The notes: generated by a model not told the origin, from the letters alone. A stretch of DNA of 64,000 nucleotides from Nitrospirales bacterium (GCA_965203295.1 CBDBCZ010000019.1:2560001-2624000), one strand, 5' to 3'. Positions 1-9,436 are shown, numbered from the stretch's first letter. Numbers and translations are program-made.

Positions 1-2
1 TT

Positions 3-920
3 CATCCGACTTCCTTATTTCTGCCCTCTTGTCCGCCCTTTCTTCTTTCGGAGACGATGCGGGGTGAAGGGGGACTATTACGAAACCAGAAGGGTGAATT
101 ATTCATGTCCCGGTACCATCCATCCGCAGAATTAGCACCTCGAGATATTGTCGCTCGGGCGATTTGCTCTGAAATGGCAGCGACTCGTTCACGCCATGTG
201 TACTTGGATGTGACGCATCTCGGTGGGAGGTTCATTAAGAAGCGATTTCCGAGGATCTATGCGACCTGCCTTCGTTTCGATATTGATATCACAGAGGAAT
301 GGATCCCCGTTTCCCCTAGCGCTCATTATCTTATGGGCGGGATTAAAACCGATATTTTCGGAAGGACCACAATCCCGGAAGTGTATGCCGCAGGAGAAGT
401 GGCTTGCAGCGGGGTGCACGGAGCTAATCGACTCGCGAGTAATGCCCTCTTGGAGGGTCTAGTGTTTGGTGCTCGAGCGGCTCAGTCAGTGATTCGGACA
501 GGAATGCAGAAAGAGAGACGGACGTTCAAGACTGAAGAAAACTTCCCAATAGCGCGAGGGCGATTGCCCTTGGTCTTGGAGGATGCTGACAAACTCCGCA
601 ACTCTCTTCGCCGCTTAATGTGGGGAAAAGTGGGTTTGGTTCGAACCGGAGAGTCGCTTGTGAGTGCGTTAGGGCAGCTGTCTCGCTGGGAAGATTTAGT
701 CGAAGGCTCCCTGCAAACTCGGCCAGACCTTGAGATCAAGAATATTATGCAAGTCGGGAAATGCATTGCCGAGGCCGCCCTTTGGAGAGAGAACAGCCTG
801 GGAGCACATTTCCGAGCTGACTTTCCTGACCGCAAAGGATCCCGATGGAAATCCCATAGTCAAGTCCAACGCCCACTCGATCAACCTTTTATGGAGAAAC
901 CCGCGTTCCAGGTCGTTTAA
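3..920 (+). CDS. nadB: L-aspartate oxidase (5'-partial; continues from before the window)
   Basis: Frame is open from nt 3 (HPTSLFLP...SETMRGEGG). Motifs ELAPRDIVARAI, AHYLMGGI, GEVACSGVHGANRLASNALLEG and ENSLGAHFRADFP are present. Confidence 0.92.
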   Translation, partial: HPTSLFLPSCPPFLLSETMRGEGGLLRNQKGELFMSRYHPSAELAPRDIVARAICSEMAATRSRHVYLDVTHLGGRFIKKRFPRIYATCLRFDIDITEEWIPVSPSAHYLMGGIKTDIFGRTTIPEVYAAGEVACSGVHGANRLASNALLEGLVFGARAAQSVIRTGMQKERRTFKTEENFPIARGRLPLVLEDADKLRNSLRRLMWGKVGLVRTGESLVSALGQLSRWEDLVEGSLQTRPDLEIKNIMQVGKCIAEAALWRENSLGAHFRADFPDRKGSRWKSHSQVQRPLDQPFMEKPAFQVV

Positions 921-1825
921 CGGTCGCCTGGTTCTGAATGAAGAGCCATTGGACCGCCCTCGAGCTTTTGACAATACCCCTGACGAAATTCCTGAAAAGC
1001 TAACCTGAGCTGGTTCGTGATAGGACCTGGACAAGGTGCCCTGAAACCATAGCTGTCTACTTCTCGAACCGGCAAAATCTCAAAGCCTGTGTTTGTCAGA
1101 AAGCATTCTTGCGCCCAGTGAAGAACTTCTGGCTTGTACTCGCCTTCCTCCCTGGGAATGCCCAGTTCCTGAGCCAATTTCAGGACAACTTCTCGCGTGA
1201 TCCCCCATAGAATTCCCGACGCTTTCGATGGTGTGCATAACTGTCCGGATTGAACAAAAAATATGTTGCTCGCCGAACATTCTGTCAAATAGCCATCATG
1301 GTTCAGCATGATCCCATCAAAGGCGTGAGCTTGCAGAGCCTCTTGTTTGGCTAGAATATTGTTGAGGAAATTCAATGATTTTATTTCTGTGGGAAGCGCA
1401 GAGGCTGGCGTACGCCGCACACTGACCTGAGCCAATCGAACGCCAGCATCCCATAGATCGGAGGGGTACGCTGGAGTAGGCCTGGGAAACACGACAATCG
1501 TCGGCTTTGAACAGAGGGATGAATCTGGACCAAGAGACCCCTCACCTCGAGAAATCGTGATACGGATCAGTCCATCCGTAAGATTGTTTCGGTGAAGAAG
1601 GTCTTCAAGAATGAGAGACCATCGCTCTCGTGGAATCGGCAAGGACAAATGTATCAGCTCACATGAGCGATAGAGGCGCGCAAGATGTTGGTCTAGTAAA
1701 AAGATGTGCCCGTGATAAACCCGCAAGGTTTCAAAAACCCCATCCCCATAGAGAAACCCGTGATCAAAGATGGATATACGAGCCTCATTCTCTTTGACAA
1801 CATGATCGTTACAAAATACCCACAT
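917..1825 (-). CDS. Class IV PLP aminotransferase / 4-amino-4-deoxychorismate lyase family
   Basis: Motifs DHGFLYGDGVFET, HLARL, IKSLN, ECSASNIF and GITR. Lies directly downstream of a pabB/trpE-like gene. Confidence 0.85.
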   Translation of the reverse strand: MWVFCNDHVVKENEARISIFDHGFLYGDGVFETLRVYHGHIFLLDQHLARLYRSCELIHLSLPIPRERWSLILEDLLHRNNLTDGLIRITISRGEGSLGPDSSLCSKPTIVVFPRPTPAYPSDLWDAGVRLAQVSVRRTPASALPTEIKSLNFLNNILAKQEALQAHAFDGIMLNHDGYLTECSASNIFFVQSGQLCTPSKASGILWGITREVVLKLAQELGIPREEGEYKPEVLHWAQECFLTNTGFEILPVREVDSYGFRAPCPGPITNQLRLAFQEFRQGYCQKLEGGPMALHSEPGDR

Positions 1826-1842
1826 GATTGAGGTGGCCTCTT

Positions 1843-3342
1843 TTACGCGTTTGGGACCCTCAAGGCCTGGAAAAGAGCCTGGGCCTTGTCAAGCGTTTCT
1901 TTATATTCCTTGGTGGGATCTGAATCTGCGACAATCCCCGCGCCGACTTGTAGATAACCCCTTTCCTTAGTGAGTAGGATGGTACGAATCACGATATTGA
2001 AATCCAAGTTGCCTGTCCAACTCCAATACCCAATCGACCCTGTATAGGGACCACGACGCACTGGCTCCAATTCTTCAATAACCTCCATACATCGGATTTT
2101 GGGAACACCGGTGATCGTTCCCCCTGGGAAGGTGGCTCGAATGAGATGAGCTCCGTTCGACAGAGGGTGAAGATTACCAGACACACTCGAGACAAGATGT
2201 GAAACATGAGAGTACCGTTCCACGATCATGAACTCATCCACCCGAACGGTCCCATAGCGACAGACGCGGCCAAGGTCATTACGAGCCAAGTCCAGGAGCA
2301 TCAAATGTTCCGCCCGTTCTTTGTTGTTCGTCAACAAATTTTCAACCAGTCGTCGATCCTCAGCAAGGGTTTGCCCACGTGGTCTCGTACCAGCGATAGG
2401 ACGAGTATTAGCCTGGGTGCCTTGCAATTGTACTAATCGCTCAGGAGAGCACGAGACAAGTGCAAAATCATGAAACTGAAGAAGAGCAGAGAAAGGAGCC
2501 GGATTCACATGCCGAAGCCGTTGATACAGAGTAGGGCTGTAGTGAAGTCCCCCTTCACATCCTTGCAAAACCCAATCCAGGTCGAAACGATGGGAGAGAT
2601 TGGCCTGGTAAATGTCTCCAGCCGCAATATAGTCCTGACAGACGCGTACTCGATCGATATAGTCGGATCGCGATTGATTGGCTCGAATTCCATCAAGGAC
2701 ATTGGGAAAGACGGCCATACCTTCTCTGATGTTGGGATCGAATAGTCTCGTTTTTAAGGACTCCAATCGGTCACGACCCTCTTGGAATAATTGGTCGTGA
2801 GATTGACTCTTCAATCGATCGGGAGAAGGCGTGAAGATAAGATGGAGAGTATCAGATTGATGGTCGATTGCGGCAAGAAGTTCAACAAAGATAAATTCCA
2901 AGTCTGGTAACTGAAGGTCGTCTTCCGCACATTCCTGTATCGATTCGAAGCGCCGTGCCAGGTCGTAACTGAAGAATCCAATAGCCCCACCTACAAATGG
3001 TGGTAATGCTGGATCACGCTTCAGATTGGGGAATTGAATCAACGAGAGCAAAGCTGAGAATGGATCTCCAACTGTTTGGGTGGTTCGGTTGGAATATCGC
3101 ATTTCATACTGAGAGCCTCGCCCGGATACCGTCAAATAGGGATCGCTTCCCAAGAATGAATATCGGGCCGTATTGGAGAGCCCTTTTCCGCTTTCAAGGA
3201 GAAAAGAGGGAGTGCCAGGTACGGTGATTCTCCTATAGAACTCAAAGGGGTCTACATCGGGAAGATGAAAAGAAGAAACCATTGGAAACTGATGGGTCTG
3301 ATCGACTATCGACTGTGGAGAAAAAAAGGATAGGGTTGACAT
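1843..3342 (-). CDS. Anthranilate synthase component I / aminodeoxychorismate synthase component I family
   Basis: Motifs SFLLES, SPERL, TRPIAGTRPRG, KERAEHLMLLDLARNDLGRV, FPGGTITGVPK and GAGIVADS. Confidence 0.88.
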   Translation of the reverse strand: MSTLSFFSPQSIVDQTHQFPMVSSFHLPDVDPFEFYRRITVPGTPSFLLESGKGLSNTARYSFLGSDPYLTVSGRGSQYEMRYSNRTTQTVGDPFSALLSLIQFPNLKRDPALPPFVGGAIGFFSYDLARRFESIQECAEDDLQLPDLEFIFVELLAAIDHQSDTLHLIFTPSPDRLKSQSHDQLFQEGRDRLESLKTRLFDPNIREGMAVFPNVLDGIRANQSRSDYIDRVRVCQDYIAAGDIYQANLSHRFDLDWVLQGCEGGLHYSPTLYQRLRHVNPAPFSALLQFHDFALVSCSPERLVQLQGTQANTRPIAGTRPRGQTLAEDRRLVENLLTNNKERAEHLMLLDLARNDLGRVCRYGTVRVDEFMIVERYSHVSHLVSSVSGNLHPLSNGAHLIRATFPGGTITGVPKIRCMEVIEELEPVRRGPYTGSIGYWSWTGNLDFNIVIRTILLTKERGYLQVGAGIVADSDPTKEYKETLDKAQALFQALRVPNA

Positions 3343-3564
3343 ACGATCAGCTGTTTACGGTGATGGAACTTCAGGGGAAAAAACGTCGGCAAAAATGCCA
3401 TCGTGAGAACATCGGGAGAAAAGCCCCATAGGGAGAATTCTACCGTTTAGACTTCATGAGAAAAAAGGTCGGGTCACAGTGTGACCTGATCATTTGCTTG
3501 ACAAAATAATTGGGTTTCTGTTTGAATGAGACGCTCTTTTTGTGGAATCCCTGCTGAATCTGTT

Positions 3565-3783
3565 ATGCCTCAATCTCATGATCCAATGTTCGCGGGTCTG
3601 GGGCAGGCTATGCGGCTAGGGACTGAACTGCTTGCCGCTTTGGTTGTGGGGGGTGGGCTGGGCTGGGTCATCGATACATACCTGCTCAACACGGGTCCCT
3701 GGGCATTGGTAGTGGGATTAATTTTGGGCTTGACGACTGGAATCCGCAATGCCTATCGAACCGCTCAGCGTTGGGACAATTGA
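3565..3783 (+). CDS. atpI: AtpZ/AtpI family ATP synthase accessory protein
   Basis: Two-TM GxxxG-rich protein (VGGGLGWVID...GLILG) directly upstream of atpB. ATG 3565 preferred over 3526. Confidence 0.8.
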   Translation: MPQSHDPMFAGLGQAMRLGTELLAALVVGGGLGWVIDTYLLNTGPWALVVGLILGLTTGIRNAYRTAQRWDN

Positions 3784-3828
3784 CCCATCAATCACATACA
3801 ACTCTAAGATCTGACTAAAGAGACTTCC

Positions 3829-4554
3829 TTGGAAGATCCCCTTCATCTATTCGAACTTCATACGCTGATCCCACTTTCCTTGTTCGGTCTGGATATTTCC
3901 TTTAATAAGGCGGTGTTCACGATGTTTCTCGTCGTGGGTCTAGCCTGCACCCTTTTAATATACGCTGGGCGTTCAAGGTCTTTGGTTCCGACCAAACTCC
4001 AGAGCCTTGCGGAAATGTTGGTGGATTTTATCAGAGGAATTATTCAGGATACGATGGGGCAAGAAGGGATGCGGTTCTTCCCTTTAATAAGTTCTTTATT
4101 TGTCTTTATCCTCTTTTGTAATCTTTTAGGCCTCATCCCCGGATCCTTCACGGTGACAAGTCAAATTGTGGTGACGGGAGTTTTCGCGGTTGCCGTGTAT
4201 ACCTTGAGTCTTATCGTCGGATTTAAGATCCATGGTCTAAATTTTTTGGGGATTTTGGTCCCACCCGGTACTCCAGGATGGTTGCTTCCCCTCATGATTC
4301 CTATTGAGCTGATCAGTCAACTCGCCCGTCCCCTGTCATTAGCCGTTCGGTTGTTTGCCAATATGACGGCTGGCCATGTCATTCTTGGTGTGTTATTTGG
4401 ACTCAGTATTGCCGGAGGACTTCTTATTGGATGGCTACCGTTTGCATTCACGATTGCTCTTTATGGATTGGAAGTCGGCATCGCCTTTATTCAAGCGTAT
4501 ATTTTTGTGGTATTGACCTGTGTATACATGGGGGATGCCCTGCATCCCCACTAG
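3829..4554 (+). CDS. atpB: F0F1 ATP synthase subunit a
   Basis: RPLSLAVRLFANMTAGH and IQAYIF motifs. TTG start. Confidence 0.97.
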   Translation: MEDPLHLFELHTLIPLSLFGLDISFNKAVFTMFLVVGLACTLLIYAGRSRSLVPTKLQSLAEMLVDFIRGIIQDTMGQEGMRFFPLISSLFVFILFCNLLGLIPGSFTVTSQIVVTGVFAVAVYTLSLIVGFKIHGLNFLGILVPPGTPGWLLPLMIPIELISQLARPLSLAVRLFANMTAGHVILGVLFGLSIAGGLLIGWLPFAFTIALYGLEVGIAFIQAYIFVVLTCVYMGDALHPH

Positions 4555-4664
4555 GGTAACAATAATCGAAACGGGCTCTTTTCAGTCCTTTCAAGAGAGA
4601 AGTAATGAGGGTAGAAATTTCGGAACGGAAATATTAACGCCCAAGAGTGGAGGAAAAAGACACA

Positions 4665-4895
4665 ATGGATTCTGCAGCATCAGCATTATTAGGAATGGGG
4701 TTAGCAGCCGCAGGTTTTGCCGGGGCCGGGGTCGGAATAGGGTATATTTTTGGAAAAATGATTGAGGCAGTCGCTCGACAACCAGAAGCAGAAGGCCGAA
4801 TCGGAAAGTACATGTGGATTGGATTTGCGTTGGTTGAAGCTATCGCCTTATATGGGCTCGTTATCGCATTTATTATTATGGGTCTGCGAACATAG
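4665..4895 (+). CDS. atpE: F0F1 ATP synthase subunit c
   Basis: GAGVGIG...ARQPE...FALVEAIA (conserved Glu). GGAGG SD precedes ATG 4665. Confidence 0.97.
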   Translation: MDSAASALLGMGLAAAGFAGAGVGIGYIFGKMIEAVARQPEAEGRIGKYMWIGFALVEAIALYGLVIAFIIMGLRT

Positions 4896-4907
4896 GATCT
4901 CCCTGGT

Positions 4908-5423
4908 ATGCCACAATTTGATACACACTTCTTCGCTTCGCTCATCTTTTGGGAGTTCGTGTCCTTTGGGATTTTGCTGTGGGTTTTGTACAAGTACGCC
5001 TGGCCTCCGATTTTGGAAGCCATGGAAACACGAGAGCGTAGAATTCGCGACAGTATCGAACAAGCAGAGGAAAATCGGGCTGCGGCGGAACAACGCCTCC
5101 AGGAATATGAAACCAGGCTCAAAAGTGCTTCTCAAGAAGCCGATGCCATTTTAACCGAAGCGAGAAATAAGGCCCAACGACTTCTTGATGACAATGAACA
5201 GCGGCTAAGAGCAGAGTCTGAGCGGATTCGTGTTCAGGCGACCCAAGAGATTGAGCGAGAACGGCGAAAGGCCCTACAGGATGTGCGGGAAGAAGCGGCT
5301 GATTTAGCGATTCTTGTTGCCGAAAAGGTTCTCACACGCAGCCTTTCTGATGACGATCACCGACGGCTGGCTCAAGAGGCTCTTCAGTCAGTAGCCGCGA
5401 ATTACTCTGAAAAATCATCATAA
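4908..5423 (+). CDS. atpF: F0F1 ATP synthase subunit b
   Basis: N-terminal TM, AWPPILEAMETRE, long charged helix, AEKVL. Confidence 0.95.
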   Translation: MPQFDTHFFASLIFWEFVSFGILLWVLYKYAWPPILEAMETRERRIRDSIEQAEENRAAAEQRLQEYETRLKSASQEADAILTEARNKAQRLLDDNEQRLRAESERIRVQATQEIERERRKALQDVREEAADLAILVAEKVLTRSLSDDDHRRLAQEALQSVAANYSEKSS

Positions 5424-5461
5424 TCGTTGACTGGAAAAATGAACAAAGGTGGAAGCTACCC

Positions 5462-6286
5462 TCAATTTCCACCACCCTGTCGGTACCCTTCAAGATCGAG
5501 GGTCACATAACGGAATCCCGCTTCCTTCATACCCTTGATAATCCTCTCTCGAACTTGGGGGTTGAGAAAATTCGACAGGTCTTCTTCCAAAAGTTCAATT
5601 CGCGCAATGCCTTCATGATCTCGCACTCTCACCTGAATCATCCCTTCTCGAAGTAAGATTTCTTCTGCATTTTCAACTCGCAGAAGGTTGTCTTGAGTAA
5701 TTTCGTTTCCTCGAGGGATTCTGGAAGAAAGACAGGCAGCTGCTGGTTTATCCCAATTTGAAAGCCTCAGCTGTTTGGCAAGAGTACGAATTTCAGTCTT
5801 CCCCATCTCGACTTCGACAAGAGGACTTCTGACTCCCAGCTCGCGTGCGGCCGTGATTCCTGGCCGATCATCCCCTAAATCATCCATATTCGTGCCGTCC
5901 ACAATTGTAGAGATACCTATATCCTTTCTCAGACCGCCTAGCAGGCGGTACAAGTCACTCTTGCAGTGATAGCACCTCCCCCTATCATTCTTGACGAATT
6001 CGGGAATGTTCAGTTGATTCGTTTCCGTAATAATGAGACGGGCACCGATTTCCCGAATGACTCGACGAACCCCTTTAAGCTCAATCTCAGGGAAGGTGGG
6101 AGAAACGGCAGTGACCGCCAGAGCTCGTGACCCAAGGGTGTCGTAGGCAATCTTTAAAACGAGTGTGCTATCGATGCCTCCCGATAGGGCCACCAGAACT
6201 GATCCTATCTCTCGAAACAGACTTTGAAGCCTTTGCGATTTGTCACGCAACATATTTTCTTCGTTTAAAAAGGGAGAAGCCATCAA
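5462..6286 (-). CDS. larE: LarE-like ATP-dependent sacrificial sulfur transferase (PP-loop, TIGR00268-like)
   Basis: SGGIDS PP-loop, RCYHCK, DGTNMDD, RPG, ACLSSRIP and VRVR motifs. Confidence 0.85.
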   Translation of the reverse strand: MMASPFLNEENMLRDKSQRLQSLFREIGSVLVALSGGIDSTLVLKIAYDTLGSRALAVTAVSPTFPEIELKGVRRVIREIGARLIITETNQLNIPEFVKNDRGRCYHCKSDLYRLLGGLRKDIGISTIVDGTNMDDLGDDRPGITAARELGVRSPLVEVEMGKTEIRTLAKQLRLSNWDKPAAACLSSRIPRGNEITQDNLLRVENAEEILLREGMIQVRVRDHEGIARIELLEEDLSNFLNPQVRERIIKGMKEAGFRYVTLDLEGYRQGGGN

Positions 6287-6320
6287 TAGGTCTTCTCAGA
6301 TGAGAATGTGGCCAGGAACC

Positions 6321-7379
6321 TCAGGCCCCACCATTTACACATGATTCCCCTAATTGGCCGCACGCACCTAGCACATCCTTCCCCCGACTTTTTCTGACAA
6401 ATACATCAAACCCTGCCTCACGCAACTTTGACTGGAACTGCTCAATAACCGAATCGACTGGCCGCGTAAAAGAACTTCCTGGGAATTCATTAAAAGGGAT
6501 TAAGTTAATCTTACACTGGATGCCATCAAGCAGTTTAGGGAGTCGATTGGCGTCCTGGACTGAATCATTCACACCAGCCAGTAAAACGTATTCGAACGTT
6601 AACCTCCGGCCAGGCTGTAATGGATAACGACGACAAGCTGTGATGAGATCGTGGAGGGGATGGAGAGAATTGATTGTGGGCATCAGCCGATGACGTAGCT
6701 CATTGGTTGTGGCATTGAGCGAAATGGCAAGGTTGACGCCGAGATGACAAACTTCTGGAAATCGTGAAATCAATCCCGCAGTTGAAATCGTGATTCGCCG
6801 CGCGGGAAAGCCCACTCCCCATGTCGTGTCCGTGAGTCTTCGGATAGCATCCGATACCGCCTCAAAATTAGCCAATGGTTCTCCCATTCCCATGAACACC
6901 AAAGAGGTCAAATGCTCATCCTTCTTGAGGCGATCTTGAACGGCAAGGACCTGTCCAACAATTTCTTCGGTTGTGAGATTTCGTCTCAGTCCCATTTGTC
7001 CAGTCAAGCAAAACGTGCAATCCAAGGTACATCCCACTTGCGTTGAAACGCAGAGCGTCAAACGCGTGCTTTCCGGAATAACGACGCTTTCAATGCGATT
7101 GCCCTCGTTAAGGTAGAAGAGAAATTTCTGTGTGTGATCTTCAGCTGTGCAAACGATGGGTTCTTGAAGATAGGGAATGTGGGCGATGGATTGGAGATGG
7201 GTCCGATTGCTCAAAGAAAGGTTCGTCATTTCACCAATATCTCGTACTCGTCTTTGGTACAACCACCTGAGAATTTGCTGGGCCCGGTATTGAGGCCACC
7301 CAAGGGAAGAAACGAGCGAAGCCGCACCATCCCAATCTAGTGCTAACAAGTTGACGGAGTTATGAGTCGTTTTCTTCAT
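6321..7379 (-). CDS. rlmN: 23S rRNA/tRNA adenine C2-methyltransferase RlmN (radical SAM)
   Basis: CVSTQVGCTLDCTFC, FMGMGEP, FEYVLL, NLIPFN and GACGQL motifs. Start at 7379 or 7403. Confidence 0.95.
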   Translation of the reverse strand: MKKTTHNSVNLLALDWDGAASLVSSLGWPQYRAQQILRWLYQRRVRDIGEMTNLSLSNRTHLQSIAHIPYLQEPIVCTAEDHTQKFLFYLNEGNRIESVVIPESTRLTLCVSTQVGCTLDCTFCLTGQMGLRRNLTTEEIVGQVLAVQDRLKKDEHLTSLVFMGMGEPLANFEAVSDAIRRLTDTTWGVGFPARRITISTAGLISRFPEVCHLGVNLAISLNATTNELRHRLMPTINSLHPLHDLITACRRYPLQPGRRLTFEYVLLAGVNDSVQDANRLPKLLDGIQCKINLIPFNEFPGSSFTRPVDSVIEQFQSKLREAGFDVFVRKSRGKDVLGACGQLGESCVNGGA

Positions 7380-7504
7380 CGAGAAGGACTGTTGGCAATA
7401 CATCCACTAGCCTTACGAACATTGAAATCTGAACAGAGCAGGTTGATCTTAACGTGACGAGATTTCGTTCGATACATCAAAAGAAAAACTAAAGAATAGA
7501 ATTA

Positions 7505-8217
7505 GGGGCTGTCGTAGATAATTGAATCATCTATGATAGTCCCATGAGTCTGAGACGCTGTAAATTAAGCAAGAAGCAACAGCTCCGCTTGTTGGAATTT
7601 TTTGTGGCTGCCGTAACGGCTCGGAGTGCAGCTGATATTTTGGATCTCCAACCCAACATGGCGGCCTTATTTTATCGGAAGCTCCGGCATCTTATCGCGG
7701 ACCATCTCGAAGAGATTTTTCCTGAAAAAGGAGAGTTTGAAGCTGATGAAAGCTACTTTGGCGGTGTCCGCAAAGGGAAGCGAGGCCGTGGGGCAGCAGG
7801 CAAGGTCCCCGTGTTTGGTCTCCTCAAACGTGGAGGAAAAGTATATACGAAAGAGATCCCCAATGCCCAAGCGAGAACCCTGCTGCCGGACCTCAAGTCG
7901 GTTATCAAACCCGATTCCATCGTGTATACGGATAACTTCCCTAGCTATAATGCGCTCGATGTCTCCGATTTCAAACATTTTCGGATCAATCATGTCCAGA
8001 GCTTCGCGAATAAGCAGAACCACATCAACGGCATTGAAAATTTCTGGAACCAAGCCAAACGGGTTTTACGCAAATACCAAATACAATGGCATCCCTCGAA
8101 AAAACTCCCATCTCTTTTTGAAAGAATGTGAGTTCCGGTTTAGCTATGGGTCTCCCAAACAACAACTGCAGACCTTGAGAAAATGGTGCACCCTTTAGGC
8201 TTATCTACGACAGCCCC
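7505..8217 (+). mobile_element. IS1595-family insertion sequence (IS1016 group), 713 bp
   Basis: Perfect 17-bp TIRs GGGGCTGTCGTAGATAA (7505-7521 / 8201-8217). 8-bp TSD TAGAATTA at 7497-7504 and 8218-8225. Confidence 0.95.
7544..8198 (+). pseudogene. IS1595/IS1016 DDE transposase, frameshifted near the C-terminus
   Basis: EADESYFGG, VYTD and HINGIENFW motifs. The C-terminal KYNGIP...LFLKECEFRF lies in another frame because CAAATAC is duplicated (8071-8084). Confidence 0.88.
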
Positions 8218-8633
8218 TAGAATTATTTGGATTCTCGATCGTGTGACAATTTTCAACGTAACATAGTGGAAAAAAGTCTCACAAGTGAAAAGGCTTGGAG
8301 AGACCAGAATTCTTGCCTCCTCGCGTTTCCAGACAGGGGTGGGGAATCAAAAACAGTAGAGTTGGAGTCGTTGTTGGAAGACGTGATTCATTAACTAAAC
8401 ATAAGAAATTATGCTTAATTAAATTTATTAATCAAAATATTGATTATAAAAAATTATATCAACAATATATAGGCTTTAACAAAATATTTTAGAGTAAGCA
8501 CATATGCTTTTAAATATAAAAAATCGCTTTTCGAAAATTCAATAAAACTGATTGAAACACGTAAATTAGAAGAACAGACTAGAGACTTGCTCATATTAAA
8601 TCTTGAAATTAATCAAAGACAATAAAAATATCA

Positions 8634-8662
8634 TTGACATAACCTTGATTGCATGATAAAAT
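8634..8662 (+). promoter_or_regulatory. Sigma70-type promoter with extended -10
   Basis: TTGACA (8634-8639), 17-nt spacer, TG-n-TAAAAT (8654-8662), about 40 nt upstream of ATG 8702, within an AT-rich tract. Confidence 0.8.
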
Positions 8663-8701
8663 TTAAAGCAAGCATATATTTTAATCTTGCTGTAGGAAAT
8701 C

Positions 8702-9232
8702 ATGGAAGATCAAAAAGACGAATTAAAGGATATTATTGTTGGCCTTGAGCAACGGATTAGTATGTATGAAAGCAAACTTAAGGATCTAAAAAAGAAACGG
8801 GAACGGTTAAATGAAGAAGTCGCTACCATTGAAAAATACCTCGAACTGGCCAAAACCCTCTATCGAGTAGAAGCAGACAAGGTCAAACTTGCCAATCTCT
8901 CAAGCCAAATTATCACAGATGAAAAGGGTCGTCCCCCCAGTGAAATGATTGACGTCACCGATAAATCTAGGGAAATTCTTTTAGGTAAAAGTAAGTATTC
9001 AAGGATGAGCATGCCAGATGCTGCCTACATGCTTCTTCGGGAAGCTGGTCGGCCGATGCATGCCAAGGAACTCTGTCAACGGTTGATTGAGGGAGGAATG
9101 CAAATACGCGGCAAGACCCCCCTCACCTCGGTCGCCACTTCACTGAAGCGGGATCCACGATTCAAGAAGGTCGCACCCAATACTTTTGAGGGGGTTGATC
9201 AAAATGACCAACCATTCACACATGCGGTGTGA
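8702..9232 (+). CDS. Coiled-coil plus winged-helix (HARE-HTH/Rok-like) DNA-binding protein
   Basis: N-terminal heptad-rich helix (LEQRISMYESKLKDLKKKRERLNEEV). C-terminal MSMPDAAYMLLREAGRPMHAKEL...GKTPLTSVATSL...RFKKVAPNTF is typical of HARE-HTH. Confidence 0.75.
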   Translation: MEDQKDELKDIIVGLEQRISMYESKLKDLKKKRERLNEEVATIEKYLELAKTLYRVEADKVKLANLSSQIITDEKGRPPSEMIDVTDKSREILLGKSKYSRMSMPDAAYMLLREAGRPMHAKELCQRLIEGGMQIRGKTPLTSVATSLKRDPRFKKVAPNTFEGVDQNDQPFTHAV

Positions 9233-9287
9233 ATAGAGAGCCAAGACCATCGTTAATGTGGTCGGAATTTGAAAGGAGGTGAATTCA

Positions 9288-9320
9288 TTGGCTACAGCCA
9301 GAAGGAGGCCGACCCCCTAG
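9288..9320 (+). CDS. Putative 10-aa micropeptide MATARRRPTP
   Basis: Full-length SD AAGGAGGTGA, 5-nt spacer, then TTG GCT ACA...TAG. The initiation region is nearly identical to that of the 9511 ORF. Confidence 0.4.
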   Translation: MATARRRPTP

Positions 9321-9325
9321 AAAGC

Positions 9326-9436
9326 GAATGGTAAAAACTTGGAGCAAAGGAAAGACAATTGCTCAGAGGAGACAAAGCTCTCATTCCATGGAGCAACGAC
9401 AGGGGCAGGCTCCCTGTTCCCAGCGTGTTTTTTTTC
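9326..9436 (+). ncRNA. Candidate structured RNA (multibranch plus terminator-like hairpin)
   Basis: GAATG...CATTC closes two hairpins (GAGCAA/TTGCTC and AGAG/CTCT). These are followed by an ACAGGG/CCCTGT hairpin and a T-run. Confidence 0.35.

Noticed and set aside
8071..8131. Programmed frameshift in the transposase
   Set aside because: An exact 7-bp duplication explains the shift, and IS1595-family transposases are normally single ORFs.
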